A stretch of DNA of 64,000 nt from an uncultured Actinomycetes bacterium (GTDB taxonomy: Bacteria > Actinomycetota > Thermoleophilia > Gaiellales > JAICJC01): contig CAVXEE010000004.1 in the NCBI GenBank assembly GCA_963760755.1, positions 627,235 through 691,234 of the forward strand. Direction: 5' to 3'. Each line of letters begins with the position of its first letter. Within the stretch, counting starts at the first letter, position 1. The notes beneath the pieces were generated by a model, which saw nothing but the letters and a program-made list of their open reading frames with translations, searched no databases and was not told the DNA's origin. Below, piece after piece: positions 29,158-41,542 of this stretch. The position numbers were made by a program, and so were the translations under genes.

Positions 29158-30501
29158 CTAGTGGAACGTCTCCACGAGGTTGGCAGGCGGCGTTATCACC
29201 TTGAAGGTGACCAGCTTGCCGCCCTTGGCGACGTCGACCGTCATCGTCCCCTGGTTCGTATCACCGTTCTGGTCGATGGCGAAGTTGCCGAGCACGCTGT
29301 TCGTGACCGAGACACCGAACAGCTGCTTGGCGATGTCGGGCCGCGTGCCGTCGGACGCCTTGATGGCGTTCAGCAGCACCTGAGCGGCCGCAGCCGCATA
29401 CGGCGTGTACGGATCCATGACATCCGGGTGGTACGTGTTCGTGAAGTCGGTCACGAACGTCTTGCCGGCACCCGTCAGCTGATCCGGCGGGACGCCGGCG
29501 ACCGACGCGTACAGGCCCGCGGCGTTCGCAGCGCCGGCCTCGTCGATGGTGGACTGGGTGGTGAACCCATCCGGCAGCAGCAGCTTGACCTTGCCGGTGT
29601 TCGGCCCCAGCACGGACACCTTGTCCTTGATCAGCTGGCCGCCGTTCTCGCAGATCAGACCGCCGACCATGATGGCATCGGGATGCAGCGAGCCGATCTG
29701 CTGCATCTGCGCCTGGTAGTTGGTGCCGGTCTTCGTGTTGTAGGCCGAGAAGCCGAGGATCTTGATGCCGAGCTTCTTGGCCGCGTCCTGGAAGTAGGTC
29801 GCGACGCCCAGGCCGTAGGCCTGCTTGTCGTTCAGGATGTAGACGCTCTTGATACCGAGAGACTTCGCGGTCTCGGCGAGCGCCGGGCCCTGGAAGTTGT
29901 CGGCGGCGACCACGCGTGCGTAGTTGCGCACGCCGGTCGGGTAGTACTTCTCCGGCTCACCCGGGGTCTTCGTCTTCTGCGTCAGTCCGGGCCACGTGTT
30001 GGACGGGCTGACCATGGCCACGGGGCCGCCGGCCGCGCGGTTCAGCACCGGGATCTCGAGCTCGGCACAGCCGGAGTTGAACGTCCCGATCACGCCGATC
30101 ACGGACGAGTCCTGCGCATACGCGTTGGCGTTGGCGCTGCATGTCGCCGAGTCCCACGTTCCAGCCTGGGCCGTCGAGTCGTCGCAGGCCTGGTACTGGA
30201 TCGTCATGCCGTTGATCTTGTAGTTGACCTGCTTGAGCTCGAGCTCGATTGCCTGCACCATCTGCTTCGTCTGGTGCGACGACGCGCCCTGCATCGGGAG
30301 GTCAGAGACGATCTCGTACTTCCCGCTCCCCACCGGTGCGGCGCAGGTGGACGAGTTCACGGGAGTGGCTCCGCCGCCCCCGCCTCCGCCGCTCCCACCA
30401 CCGCTGCTGCCGCCACTGCTGCTGCTACCGCAGCCTGCGGCCACGGCGAGCAGGAGCGCGACCGCCGCAACCATCACGGCGCGGCCCGGAACACTTCTCA
30501 T
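29158..30501 (-). CDS. Branched-chain amino acid ABC substrate-binding lipoprotein (LivK-like)
   Basis: Lipobox AAGC plus G/S linker; VIGTFNSGC, MVSPSNT, YGLGVA; GGAGG RBS. Confidence 0.9.
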   Translation of the reverse strand: MRSVPGRAVMVAAVALLLAVAAGCGSSSSGGSSGGGSGGGGGGGATPVNSSTCAAPVGSGKYEIVSDLPMQGASSHQTKQMVQAIELELKQVNYKINGMTIQYQACDDSTAQAGTWDSATCSANANAYAQDSSVIGVIGTFNSGCAELEIPVLNRAAGGPVAMVSPSNTWPGLTQKTKTPGEPEKYYPTGVRNYARVVAADNFQGPALAETAKSLGIKSVYILNDKQAYGLGVATYFQDAAKKLGIKILGFSAYNTKTGTNYQAQMQQIGSLHPDAIMVGGLICENGGQLIKDKVSVLGPNTGKVKLLLPDGFTTQSTIDEAGAANAAGLYASVAGVPPDQLTGAGKTFVTDFTNTYHPDVMDPYTPYAAAAAQVLLNAIKASDGTRPDIAKQLFGVSVTNSVLGNFAIDQNGDTNQGTMTVDVAKGGKLVTFKVITPPANLVETFH

Positions 30502-30587
30502 GAAATCTCCTCCCACTGCGGACGACAGACCCACTTCCGGTGGGAACCGGCGCGGGCGCGAGACGGTGTATTTACCATCACGAACGG

Positions 30588-31217
30588 ATGGGAGCAAGCG
30601 CGCCGCCCACGAATCCGATCGCTGCCTTGGAGCCTTGGCATCGCCGCGCAATGGTACTCCTCGTGGCGGTTGTCGTCACGGTCTCGGCTTGTGGATCCGG
30701 ATCGGTCGGTTCGGGATCCAATTCTGCGGTCGCCTCGGGGTGCTCGAAGACGTGGGCCGCCGGGTGGCAGAAGTGGACGGACCGGGTCGGGATGCCGGTC
30801 TGGTGCCCGGGCTGGATGCCGAGCCCGATCGACGCGATCATCCACGGCCAGTGGAACACCGCCCAGGTCGAGCAGCGCCAGTGGCAGCTCGGGTATGCGT
30901 GGCTCGAGCAGGGCCAGCTCGTGCACGTCATCTTCGAGGGCTACCCGCCGGGGACGTTTCCGCCCACCTGCGAGGGCAAGATCCCCTGCTTCGGCGGCGA
31001 GGAGGCCAAGCCGGAGACGGTCGGCGGCCACGTCGTGCACTGGTACGACCACAACCAGGCCTCGCACAGCGGCCACATCGCGGCGGTCTTCACGAGCGGG
31101 GGCAACACCTACGTCGTCAGCATCCACGTCGTCAGCCCGATCTCGACGAAGGCGATCGCCAAGCGCGACCTGCGCCACATCATCGCGTCGAGCTCGCTGC
31201 TCAAGCCCGCAGCCTGA
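30588..31217 (+). CDS. Hypothetical lipoprotein (Trp/Cys-rich)
   Basis: VSAC lipobox; GC3-biased coding frame; start 30588 or 30651. Confidence 0.65.
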   Translation: MGASAPPTNPIAALEPWHRRAMVLLVAVVVTVSACGSGSVGSGSNSAVASGCSKTWAAGWQKWTDRVGMPVWCPGWMPSPIDAIIHGQWNTAQVEQRQWQLGYAWLEQGQLVHVIFEGYPPGTFPPTCEGKIPCFGGEEAKPETVGGHVVHWYDHNQASHSGHIAAVFTSGGNTYVVSIHVVSPISTKAIAKRDLRHIIASSSLLKPAA

Positions 31218-31243
31218 GGGCGCAGTTCCCGTAGGATCGGGGC

Positions 31244-32344
31244 ATGCGGGTCTACTGGCATGACGAGGCGCTCGCGCACGACACGGGCGCAGGGATGTTC
31301 GACCAGGGGCCGTCGCCGCTGATCGAGGCCCCCGAGCTGCACCCCGAGAACACCGAGCGCATCCGCAACATCCGCTCGGCCCTGACGCACGGCCCGATCG
31401 CGCCGCAGCTCGAGTGGCACGCGGGCCGCCACGCCACCCCGGACGAGCTCGAGCTCGTCCACCCGTCCGGCTACGTGCGCTCCGTGCAGGCGGCATGCGC
31501 GGCCGGGCCGGGCCTGATCACCCAGTCGACGCCGGTCGGGCCCGCGTCGTGGGGCGCCGCCCTGGCCGCCGCCGGCACCGCGCTTGCGGCCACCGAGGCC
31601 GTGCTCGCCGGCGCGAGGATCGCCTACGCGCTCGTGCGCCCGCCCGGACACCACGCCCAGCCGGCGCAGGCCGACGGCTACTGCCTGTTCTCGAACGCGG
31701 CCCTGTGCGCGCAGCTCGCGCGCACCCGCGGCCTGGAGCGGGTCGCGGTGGTCGATTGGGACGTGCACCACGGGAACGGCACCCAGGCGTGCTTCTGGGA
31801 GCGGGCCGACGTCATCGCGATCTCGCTGCACATGGACCACGGCTCGTGGGGGCCGCACCATCCCCAGACCGGCGCGCCGGACGAGCTCGGCGCCGGCGCG
31901 GGCCTGGGCCGCAACGTGAACATCGCGCTCCCGCTCGGCACCGGCGACGAGGGCTACCGGCGGGCATGGCGGCAGGTCGTCGTGCCCGTGCTCGACGAGT
32001 TCCGGCCCGAGCTGCTCGTGATCGCCTGCGGCCAGGACGCGAGCCAGTACGACCCCAACGGCCGCATGTCGGTGACGATGGCCGGCTTCCGCGACCTCGG
32101 CGCCGCCGCCCGCGACCTGGCCGACCGCCACTGCGACGGCCGGCTCCTGCTGGTGCAGGAAGGCGGCTACGGCCGCACGTACTCGGCGTACTGCATGCAC
32201 GCCACCCTCGAAGGCGTGCTCGGCACCGGCCCGCTGCTCGACGACCCGCTCGCATACCTACCGGACGAGCCCGACCGTGCCGACGGCGCGATCGCCGCGG
32301 TGCGGGCGGCGCTTGCGCCGTTCTGGACTGGGATCGGGGCATGA
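31244..32344 (+). CDS. Class II histone deacetylase-like / acetylpolyamine amidohydrolase
   Basis: HPEN..RI, RPPGHHA, GYCLFSN, VDWDVHHGNGTQ, GQDA...DP, QEGGY. Confidence 0.92.
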   Translation: MRVYWHDEALAHDTGAGMFDQGPSPLIEAPELHPENTERIRNIRSALTHGPIAPQLEWHAGRHATPDELELVHPSGYVRSVQAACAAGPGLITQSTPVGPASWGAALAAAGTALAATEAVLAGARIAYALVRPPGHHAQPAQADGYCLFSNAALCAQLARTRGLERVAVVDWDVHHGNGTQACFWERADVIAISLHMDHGSWGPHHPQTGAPDELGAGAGLGRNVNIALPLGTGDEGYRRAWRQVVVPVLDEFRPELLVIACGQDASQYDPNGRMSVTMAGFRDLGAAARDLADRHCDGRLLLVQEGGYGRTYSAYCMHATLEGVLGTGPLLDDPLAYLPDEPDRADGAIAAVRAALAPFWTGIGA

Positions 32345-33309
32345 CCGGCGGCGAGCCGCGCTGGCTCGGGATCGAGCCCCGGCACCTGGCGACGCTGCGG
32401 GCGGTCGCACGGGCGGGGTCGTTCCGCGGCGCGGCGGCCGAGCTCGGCTACGTGCCGTCTGCGGTGAGCGCGCACGTCGGTGCGCTCGAGCGGGCCGTCG
32501 GCCGCGACCTGGTGCGGCGGCGGCGCGGCGCCGGGATCGAGCTGACCGACGCCGGCCGCGTCCTGCTCGACCACGCCGAGGCGATCCTCGGCCGGCTGCG
32601 GGCCGGCCAGGCCGACATGACGGCGCTCGACGACGCCCACGCCGCTCCGCTGCGCGTCGGCATCACCCAGAGCGTCGGCATCCGCGCGCTGCCCGACATC
32701 GTGCGCCGGTTCGGGCAGGTGTGGCCGGACGTGCGCATCGCGCCGCGCGAGTCCGAGACCGACCTCGACCTCTACGGCGGCATCGAGCAGGCCGAGCTCG
32801 ACCTGACGTTCGTCGAGCTGCCCGCGCCGCCCGGCCCGTACGAGACGCTGCCGCTGCTTGTCGACCCGTACGTGCTGATCGTGCGCAGCGACTCGCCGCT
32901 TGCGCACCGGCCCGCCTGCCCGACGCTGGTCGAGATCGGCGCGCTCGAGCTGATCGGCCACACCCAGTGCCGCGGCCTGCGCCGCGTCGAGGAGCAGATC
33001 CGCACCGCCGGCGCCGAGCCGCACTTCGCGTTCCGCTCCGACGTGAACGCCACCGTCCAGGCGCTGGTGGCTGCCGGGGTCGGCGTCGCGGTGATGCCGG
33101 GCCTGGGCTTCGACCCCGGCGACGGCCGCACCGTGGCGTTCGACCTGAGCCGAGACGTGCCGCCGCGCACGCTCGCGCTCGCCTGGCACCGCGACCGGCA
33201 CGTGACCGGGCCGATGCGGGCGTTCACCGAGGCCGCCGCCGCGGTCTTCGCCGAGCTCGCGGAGCGCTCCGGCGCCGACCGCAGGCTGCGCGCCGTTCGC
33301 GAGGCGTGA
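32341..33309 (+). CDS. LysR family transcriptional regulator
   Basis: RHLATLRAVARAGSFRGAAAELGYVPSAVS HTH; ATGA-coupled to the deacetylase. Confidence 0.9.
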   Translation: MTGGEPRWLGIEPRHLATLRAVARAGSFRGAAAELGYVPSAVSAHVGALERAVGRDLVRRRRGAGIELTDAGRVLLDHAEAILGRLRAGQADMTALDDAHAAPLRVGITQSVGIRALPDIVRRFGQVWPDVRIAPRESETDLDLYGGIEQAELDLTFVELPAPPGPYETLPLLVDPYVLIVRSDSPLAHRPACPTLVEIGALELIGHTQCRGLRRVEEQIRTAGAEPHFAFRSDVNATVQALVAAGVGVAVMPGLGFDPGDGRTVAFDLSRDVPPRTLALAWHRDRHVTGPMRAFTEAAAAVFAELAERSGADRRLRAVREA

Positions 33310-33370
33310 ACACCCCGCTCGCGGATTGGCGCTTGTCCGCGTCCGGCCGAGCGGCGAACATTGACGCCGG

Positions 33371-36300
33371 TTGGAGAATCGCGCCGACGTGGGAGCCCGG
33401 ACTCGGGCGGCATGGGCGCCGCTTCGGGTGGCGGCGGCGCGGGCGCGTGCCCGGCCGGGACGGGGCGGCCTGGTGGCGATCGGCGTCGCCGTCGCCGCCG
33501 CGGCGCTGGGCGGGGTCGTCGGCGCCTCGACGATCACCGCCGACCGCAGCCTGCGTGCCGGGCTCGAGCAGCTGCCGCTCGCCCAGCGCAGCTTCACCGC
33601 CACCTGGCTGGGGACGCCCCCGGCGGGCGGCTACGCGCGCATCGACCGGGCTGCCACCGCGGCGCTGCGCCGCCTGGGGCCGGGCCCGCCGGCGCGCACC
33701 CTCGCCTTCCCCGAGCTAAACCTCGGCGGCCGCCTGGTCGAGCTCGGCGCCGTGGACGACCCCGCCCGCTGGCTGCGGCTCGCGTCGGGGCGGCTCCCGC
33801 GCACGTGCATCCCGACCCGGTGCGAGGTGGTCGAGGCGCACGGGACGCCGGTGCGCGCCGTGTCGGAGCCGGGGCTGCGGCTGGTCGTCGTCGGCCACAC
33901 GGCGGGGCCGCTGCCGGTCAGCCTGGCGCCGCTCACGCGCAGCAGCCACCAGGACCGGGGCGGCCCGCCGCCGGTGCTGATCGCCGGCGGCGTCTCGCAG
34001 CTCTCGGCCCTGCCGGTATTCTCGGCGCTCTACCGGGCCTACGGCTGGACGACCCCGATCGATCCGCGGTCGCTGCACGACTGGCAGATCGGCGGCCTGC
34101 TCGGCCGCGAGGCTGCCGCGGCCCGCAGCGTCCGCGACCTGGGGACGCCGTTCGGCCTGACCGGGCCGACGAACACCCTGCTCGAACTGCAGCGGGAGGA
34201 CGCGATCGCGGCGCGGCGGCTGCAGCTCGTCGGGGGCGGCGCGGCGGCCCTGCTGCTCGGGTTCGTGCTGCTGGCCGCCGCGGGCCTGCGCCGCGACGCG
34301 AGCACCGAGTGGGCGCGCCTGGAACGGCACGGCGCCCGCCTCGGCCAGCTGTGGGCGTTCGCCTGGGTCGAGGCCGCCTGGATCACCTTCGTGGGAGCCG
34401 TCGTGGGCGCGCTCGTGGCGGCGGCCGGAATCGCCATCGCGGCCGACCGCGCCGGGGTGGGCGCCGCGTCCGTGCTGCGGCACACGATCTTCTCGGGCCC
34501 AGGCATCATCGCGATCACGGCCGCCTGGATCGCCGGCGCCGCGGTGCTCGTGGCCGGCGAGCGCACGGCCGGCGCCGACCTGCGCCTGGGGCCGGTGCGC
34601 GGCCTCGACGTGGCCGCGATCGCGATCGTGGGCGCCGTCGCGCTCGCCGCCGCACGCGGCAGCGCCACCTCGACATCGCTCGCCTCGGGCTCCGACCCGC
34701 TGCTCGCCCTCCTCCCCGCCCTGGTTGCGATCGCCGGCGCCATCGTCACCGCCCGCCTCGTCGGGCCGCTCCTGCGGCTGGCCGGCCGCGGCCTGCGCCG
34801 CGGCCCGCCCAGCGTGCGCCTGGCGCTCGTCTCGCTCGGCCGCGAGGGCGGCCGCCCCACCCTGGCGGCGGCGTTCCTGGTGGCGGGCATCGGCCTGGGC
34901 GTGTTCGCGGTCGCCTACCGCACGACGCTCGTGCAGGGCGAGCACGATCAGGCGGCGTTCCAGGTGCCGCTCGACTTCACCCTCTCGGAGAGCCCGGCGC
35001 TCCGGCTGCCGCTCGAGGTCGCGCCGCTGCACACCTACCGCGGCCTGGCGCCGGGCACGCGTGCGGCCCCGGTGTTCCGCTCGGGCGCGACCGCGTCCGC
35101 TCCGGGCCTGCCGGTGCAGGCAACGGTGCTCGGCGTCCCGTCCGGCGCGATCGCCGCCATCCGCAACTGGCGCAGCGACTTCGCCTCGATCCCGCAGCAG
35201 GGGGTGGCCGACGCCCTGCGGCCCGCCCGGCCGCCGATCCTGCGCGGCGCCGACCTGCCCGCCGACGCGCACGCGGTCGCGCTCGCGGTGACGACGCGCG
35301 GCCGCCCCGTCAGCCTGGTGCTCGCCGTGCGCACGCGCTCGGGCCGGTTCGACCACATCCCGCTCGGGGACACCGTGCGCGGACGCACCGAGCTCGATGC
35401 GCACCTGCCCGCGGCCGACCGCGGCGGCCGCGTGGTCGGCCTGATCGTGACGCTGCGCTTCGCCGACGCCCAGGCGCTCGCCCACCAGGGCATCGAGGGC
35501 GGCCTCACCATCGTCGCCCGCGGCCGTCTGGCGCTCGGGCCGCTGCTCGCGACCCAGAACGGCCTGCCGCTGCCGGCGCGGGTGACCGACTGGCGCACCT
35601 GGGTGGGCCGCGGCACCGCGCAGACGGCGCCCGCGACCGCCGCCGGTGCGGGCGTCCGCTACGCCCTGGACGGGAGCACGGACGGGCTCCTGCGGCCCGT
35701 GCAGCCGACCGACGGGCAGCCCGTCCCCGTCGTCGCGAGCCCCGACCTGGCGGCGCTCGCCGGCCGCGACCACGTGCTCGGGCTGACCGTCGAGGGCGTC
35801 GACGCGCTGGCGGTGCGGGTCGTCGCGGTCGCGCGCCGCTTCCCCACCGCCGGCGGGTCGTTCGTGATCGGGGACGAGGGCGAGCTGGCAACGGCGCTGA
35901 ACGCGGACGACCCCGGCGCGGGCACGCCGATCGAGCTGTGGCTGGGAGTGCGGCCGAGCGAGCGCGGACAGGTGGCGGCGGCGCTCGGGCGCAGGCCGTT
36001 CTCGGCCCTCCAGGTCAGCTCGCAGGCCGCGATCGAGGCCACCCTGGCCGCCCAGCCGCTGGCGCGCGGGCTGCTCGACGTGCTGGCGATGTCGGCGCTC
36101 CTTGCCCTCGTGCTGGGGGTCGCCGGCCTGGTGCTCGTCTGCGCGGCCGACCTGGGCGACGAGCGCGACCACCTGGTCGACCTCGAGGCGCTGGGCGTCG
36201 GCCCGGCGGCGCTGCGCAGCCACCTCGTGCTGCGCGCGGCCATCCTGGTCGTCGTCGGCATCGCCGGCGGGCTCGTGCTCGGCGCAGTGCTCGAGCGGCT

Positions 36301-36486
36301 CGTGATCGACGTCGTCTCGCTCGGCGCGGGCGCCGACACGGCCTCGCCGCCGCTTCGCAGCGTGCAGAGCGCAGGCCTGGTCGCCGCCGGCCTGGCCGCC
36401 TTTGCGATCGCCGGGCTCACGCTGGTCTGGGCGTTCGCGCGCACAGCCTTCCGCGCGCCGGTGCCGGGCCGGATCGGAGGCGGCGG

Positions 36487-36490
<4 letters not shown>
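33371..36490 (+). CDS. Large FtsX/MacB-type ABC permease
   Basis: ~1000 aa with multiple TM blocks, LERHGA and LEALGV FtsX-like motifs; coupled to the ATPase gene; start uncertain. Confidence 0.75.
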
Positions 36491-38040
<1,550 letters not shown>

Positions 38041-38074
38041 CCGGTTCCGGCGGCGGCCGCATGATGGATGTGGG

Positions 38075-39748
38075 TTGGGAATCATCCGTCACCGCCGTCT
38101 GGTCGCCGCCCTGTCGGTGCTCGCGTTCGCGAGCGCGTTCGGGCCGGGACCGGCCGCGGCCAACCTGCTGCCCAGCGGCGGGTTCGAGGGCAGCGGCTCC
38201 GGCACGCTCACCGGCTGGAAGGGCGTGCGCGCCGTCCTCACGCTGCGCCCCGACGGGCGCGGCGGCGGCCACGCCGCCCGCGTCAGCCGAAACGCGGGTG
38301 CCCGCACCTACTCGATCATCGCGGCGCCCAACCCGGCGACGGCGGTCGCCAAGCGGCTCTTCCGCGCGCGCGGCTACCTGCGCTCCGGCCGGCCGGGACG
38401 CACCGTCTGCCTCAAGCTGGTCGAGCTGACCGCGGCCGGGCGCGTCGCCGGCCAGGCATCGGGCTGCCGCGCCGCGACCGCGAAGTGGGCCGCCTTCCCG
38501 CTCGTCAGCTACACCGCAAAGCACACCGGTGACGCGATCTCGCTCCGGGCCGTCCAGACCTCGGCGGCGCGGGCGGGCGACAGCTTCCAGGTGGACGGCC
38601 TCACGCTGACTGCGCCCGGCGCGGATGCCGTCGCCCCCACCGCCCCCACGGGCCTGACGGCGCAGGCCGCCTCGGCGACGAAGGTCGTGCTCGCGTGGCA
38701 CGCAGCGAGCGACAACGATGGCGTGGCCGGGTACACCGTCTACCGCGGGGGCGTCGCGATCGCGACCACCCCGGGCGCGACGTTGACCTACTCCGACGCC
38801 AAGGCGGTGGCCGGCAAGACGTACAGCTATGCGGTCGACGCCTTCGACGCCTCGGGCAACCGGTCGCAGCGGTCGGCGGCGGTGTCGGTGACGATGCCCT
38901 CGCCCGGTGACCCCGTGATCGCCGCCGCCGGCGACATCGCCTGCGACCCCACCGCGAGCGACTTCCACGGCGGGGCCGGCACGGGGTCGGCGTGCATGAT
39001 GCGCGCGACCGCGGACATCATCGAGGGCGACCCGTCCATCGCGGCGGTGCTCGCGCTCGGCGACGACCAGTACGGCTGCGGCGGCCTCACGGCCTTCCAG
39101 CAGTCGTTCGACATCACCTGGGGCCGGTTCCTGCAGAAGATCCACCCCGTCCCCGGAAACCACGAGTACCAGACGAGCGGCGGCAGCGACTGCGCGCCGA
39201 ACGCGGCCGGGTACTTCCAGTACTTCGGCGCCGCCGCCGGCAACGCCCAGGGCGACTACGCCTGGAACATCGGCGCCTGGCACATGATCGCGCTGAACGG
39301 CGAGTGCAGCCACGTCGGCGGCTGCGACGCCGGCTCGCCGCAGGGGCAGTTCCTGCAGTCCAACCTCGGCTCGAGCACGTGCACGCTCGCCTACTGGCAC
39401 GAGCCCTACTACGACGGGTCGGGCAGCCGGTCGTCCAAGTACGCCTACTTCTGGAACACGCTCTACGCCGCCGGCGCCGACATCGTCCTCAACGGGCACC
39501 TGCACACGTACGCGCGCTTCGCGCAGCAGGACGCGAGCGGCAACGTCGACACCGCGCGCGGCGTCCGCGAGTTCATCGTCGGCACGGGCGGCGAGGACCA
39601 CGGATCGCTGAACGGGTCCACGAACCTGCAGTTCCAGGCCGCCACCTTCGGCGTGCTCGAGCTCACGCTGCACCCGGCGAGCTACGACTGGAAGTTCGTC
39701 TCGACGGCCGGCAAGACGCTCGACTCGGGCACGGCCGCCTGCCACTGA
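38075..39748 (+). CDS. Secreted metallophosphoesterase with N-terminal CBM-like and Fn3 domains
   Basis: Signal peptide; NLLPSGGFE; DAVAPTAPTGL...YAVDAFDASGNRS (Fn3); AAGDIA, LGDDQY, PGNHEY, NGHLHTY. Confidence 0.85.
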   Translation: MGIIRHRRLVAALSVLAFASAFGPGPAAANLLPSGGFEGSGSGTLTGWKGVRAVLTLRPDGRGGGHAARVSRNAGARTYSIIAAPNPATAVAKRLFRARGYLRSGRPGRTVCLKLVELTAAGRVAGQASGCRAATAKWAAFPLVSYTAKHTGDAISLRAVQTSAARAGDSFQVDGLTLTAPGADAVAPTAPTGLTAQAASATKVVLAWHAASDNDGVAGYTVYRGGVAIATTPGATLTYSDAKAVAGKTYSYAVDAFDASGNRSQRSAAVSVTMPSPGDPVIAAAGDIACDPTASDFHGGAGTGSACMMRATADIIEGDPSIAAVLALGDDQYGCGGLTAFQQSFDITWGRFLQKIHPVPGNHEYQTSGGSDCAPNAAGYFQYFGAAAGNAQGDYAWNIGAWHMIALNGECSHVGGCDAGSPQGQFLQSNLGSSTCTLAYWHEPYYDGSGSRSSKYAYFWNTLYAAGADIVLNGHLHTYARFAQQDASGNVDTARGVREFIVGTGGEDHGSLNGSTNLQFQAATFGVLELTLHPASYDWKFVSTAGKTLDSGTAACH

Positions 39749-39766
39749 GCCGGCGGCCCCGCGAGG

Positions 39767-40405
39767 TCAGTCGCCGCGGCCGGTGACGGCGAGGCGCAGG
39801 CCGAGGCCGATGAGCACCAGGCCCCCGGCGGCGGAGAAGGCCTCCATCGGGCCGCGCGAGCGCGCGAGCCACGCCCGCGCCGATCCGGCGGCGATCGCCC
39901 ACATGCTGTCGGACAGGATGGCGACCACGGCGAAGATCCCGCCCAGGGTCACGAGCTGGAGCGGCACGTGCCCGCGCGCCGGGTCGGTGAACTGCGGCAG
40001 GACGGCCGTGAAGAAGATCGCCGCCTTCGGGTTCGTCAGACCGACCGTGAAGCCCTCGCGGACGATCCCGCGCGTGCCGTTGCGCACCCGCGTGATGTCG
40101 CCCAGCTCGGCGAGCGGCCGCCGGCGGCGGATCATGCGGATGCCGAGCACGACCAGGTAGGCCGCGCCGACGAGCTTGATCGCGGTGAAGACGACCTCCG
40201 AGCGCGCGACGATCGCCCCCAGTCCGACCGCGACGAGCACGACCTGCACGAAGACGCCCGCCGTGTTGCCGAGGACGGTCGCAAGCGCGGCCCGGCGGCC
40301 GAGCGCGACACCGCGGCTGACGACGAAGAGCACGCTCGGGCCGGGGATGGCGACCAGCACGAACGCTGTCAGCGTGAACTCGAGCAGGTGATCGGTGGGC
40401 GGCAC
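39767..40405 (-). CDS. LysE/RhtB family translocator
   Basis: IPGPSV, IKLVGAAYL, GFTVGLTNPKA. Confidence 0.9.
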   Translation of the reverse strand: MPPTDHLLEFTLTAFVLVAIPGPSVLFVVSRGVALGRRAALATVLGNTAGVFVQVVLVAVGLGAIVARSEVVFTAIKLVGAAYLVVLGIRMIRRRRPLAELGDITRVRNGTRGIVREGFTVGLTNPKAAIFFTAVLPQFTDPARGHVPLQLVTLGGIFAVVAILSDSMWAIAAGSARAWLARSRGPMEAFSAAGGLVLIGLGLRLAVTGRGD

Positions 40406-40408
40406 GCC

Positions 40409-41353
40409 TTACCGTGCCTCCGCGAAGACCTCGGCCCAGTCGTCCTTCATGCTGACGACTGTCCAGCCGTGCGCCGCCGCCTCGTCCAGCGACCGCTCGG
40501 CTCCGGCCGTGTAGGCGAACTCACGCTCGGCGTCGTCGTGCAGCAGGAGCAGGCGCAGGGCCGGCCGGGAGCCGCCGCCCGCGTAGCGCAGCATCTGGAT
40601 GTCGCCGTTCGAGTTGCCGCCCGCGACGATCGGGCGGCGGCCGATCCGGCTCCAGATCCGCACCGGCTTCACCGGGCCGTCGTCGAACACGTCCATGGCG
40701 GCCTCGTACACGACCGCGCCGCCGTCGGCATCGTCGCGGTAGCGCAGCGCCGTTGCGCTGCCCACGACGCGCTCGGCCGGGATGCCGTACATCCGGCCGG
40801 TGACCGGGCGCATGAAGTCGCGGTCGCCGCCGGAGGCGATGTAGCTCACGAAGCCGGTCGCCTCGAGATGGCGCAGGAGCTCGAGCATCGGCAGGTAGCC
40901 GCAGTCCAGGAACGAGCGGCCCAGGGTCGGGTGCTCGCCCTCGTGCAGGAACGCATGCGCCGCGACCGCGTAGTCCTCGACCGCGAGCCCGGCAAACGCC
41001 TCCGTGACGCCGCGAAGCAGCACGTTCGCGTCCGCGTCGTCTCCGGCGTAGTGCTTGGTGAGGGCCGCGCCGAGCCATGCGTAGTCGTGCTCGTAGGCCG
41101 CCTGCCACGGCTGGCGGTCGCGCAGCGAGGCGTCGGCCGCCGCCATCTCGGCGAGCCGGCGCAGGATGAACCCGACCTCGATCGGCATCGGCTTCTCGCA
41201 CCAGAGCGTGCCGTCGTTGTCGAAGACCGCGACCCGCTCGTCCGGAGCGACGTAGTCCGGCCCGCCCTCCTCCGTCACACGTGCGACGAAGTCCAGGATC
41301 GCCGTCCGCGCCCGCCCTTCCCGCCAGCTCGCAAGCACCTCGTCCCCCGCCAC
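40409..41353 (-). CDS. HAD family hydrolase (nonspecific acid phosphatase-like)
   Basis: AVFDNDGTLWCEKP, IASGG, GNSNGDIQML, HDDAEREFAY, VSMKDDW. Confidence 0.88.
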   Translation of the reverse strand: MAGDEVLASWREGRARTAILDFVARVTEEGGPDYVAPDERVAVFDNDGTLWCEKPMPIEVGFILRRLAEMAAADASLRDRQPWQAAYEHDYAWLGAALTKHYAGDDADANVLLRGVTEAFAGLAVEDYAVAAHAFLHEGEHPTLGRSFLDCGYLPMLELLRHLEATGFVSYIASGGDRDFMRPVTGRMYGIPAERVVGSATALRYRDDADGGAVVYEAAMDVFDDGPVKPVRIWSRIGRRPIVAGGNSNGDIQMLRYAGGGSRPALRLLLLHDDAEREFAYTAGAERSLDEAAAHGWTVVSMKDDWAEVFAEAR

Positions 41354-41542
41354 GTCATCCCCTCTTCCCCCCGGCGTTACCGATTACGGCTCGGAACACG
41401 GAAAGCCGCGTAGGCCAACTACCCCAATCCGGCTCCCAGAGCCAGGAATCTAACACTCTCCTTACGCAATCCGCGCCGGAAGCTGCCGATGTGTGGCCTC
41501 GTTTGAGTCGTCGGAACGGCAGATCCGTAGGGAGGGTCACCA

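Noticed and set aside
30365-30430. ccgccg/ctgctg micro-repeats
   Set aside because: They encode the ordinary Gly/Ser linker after the lipobox of the binding protein.
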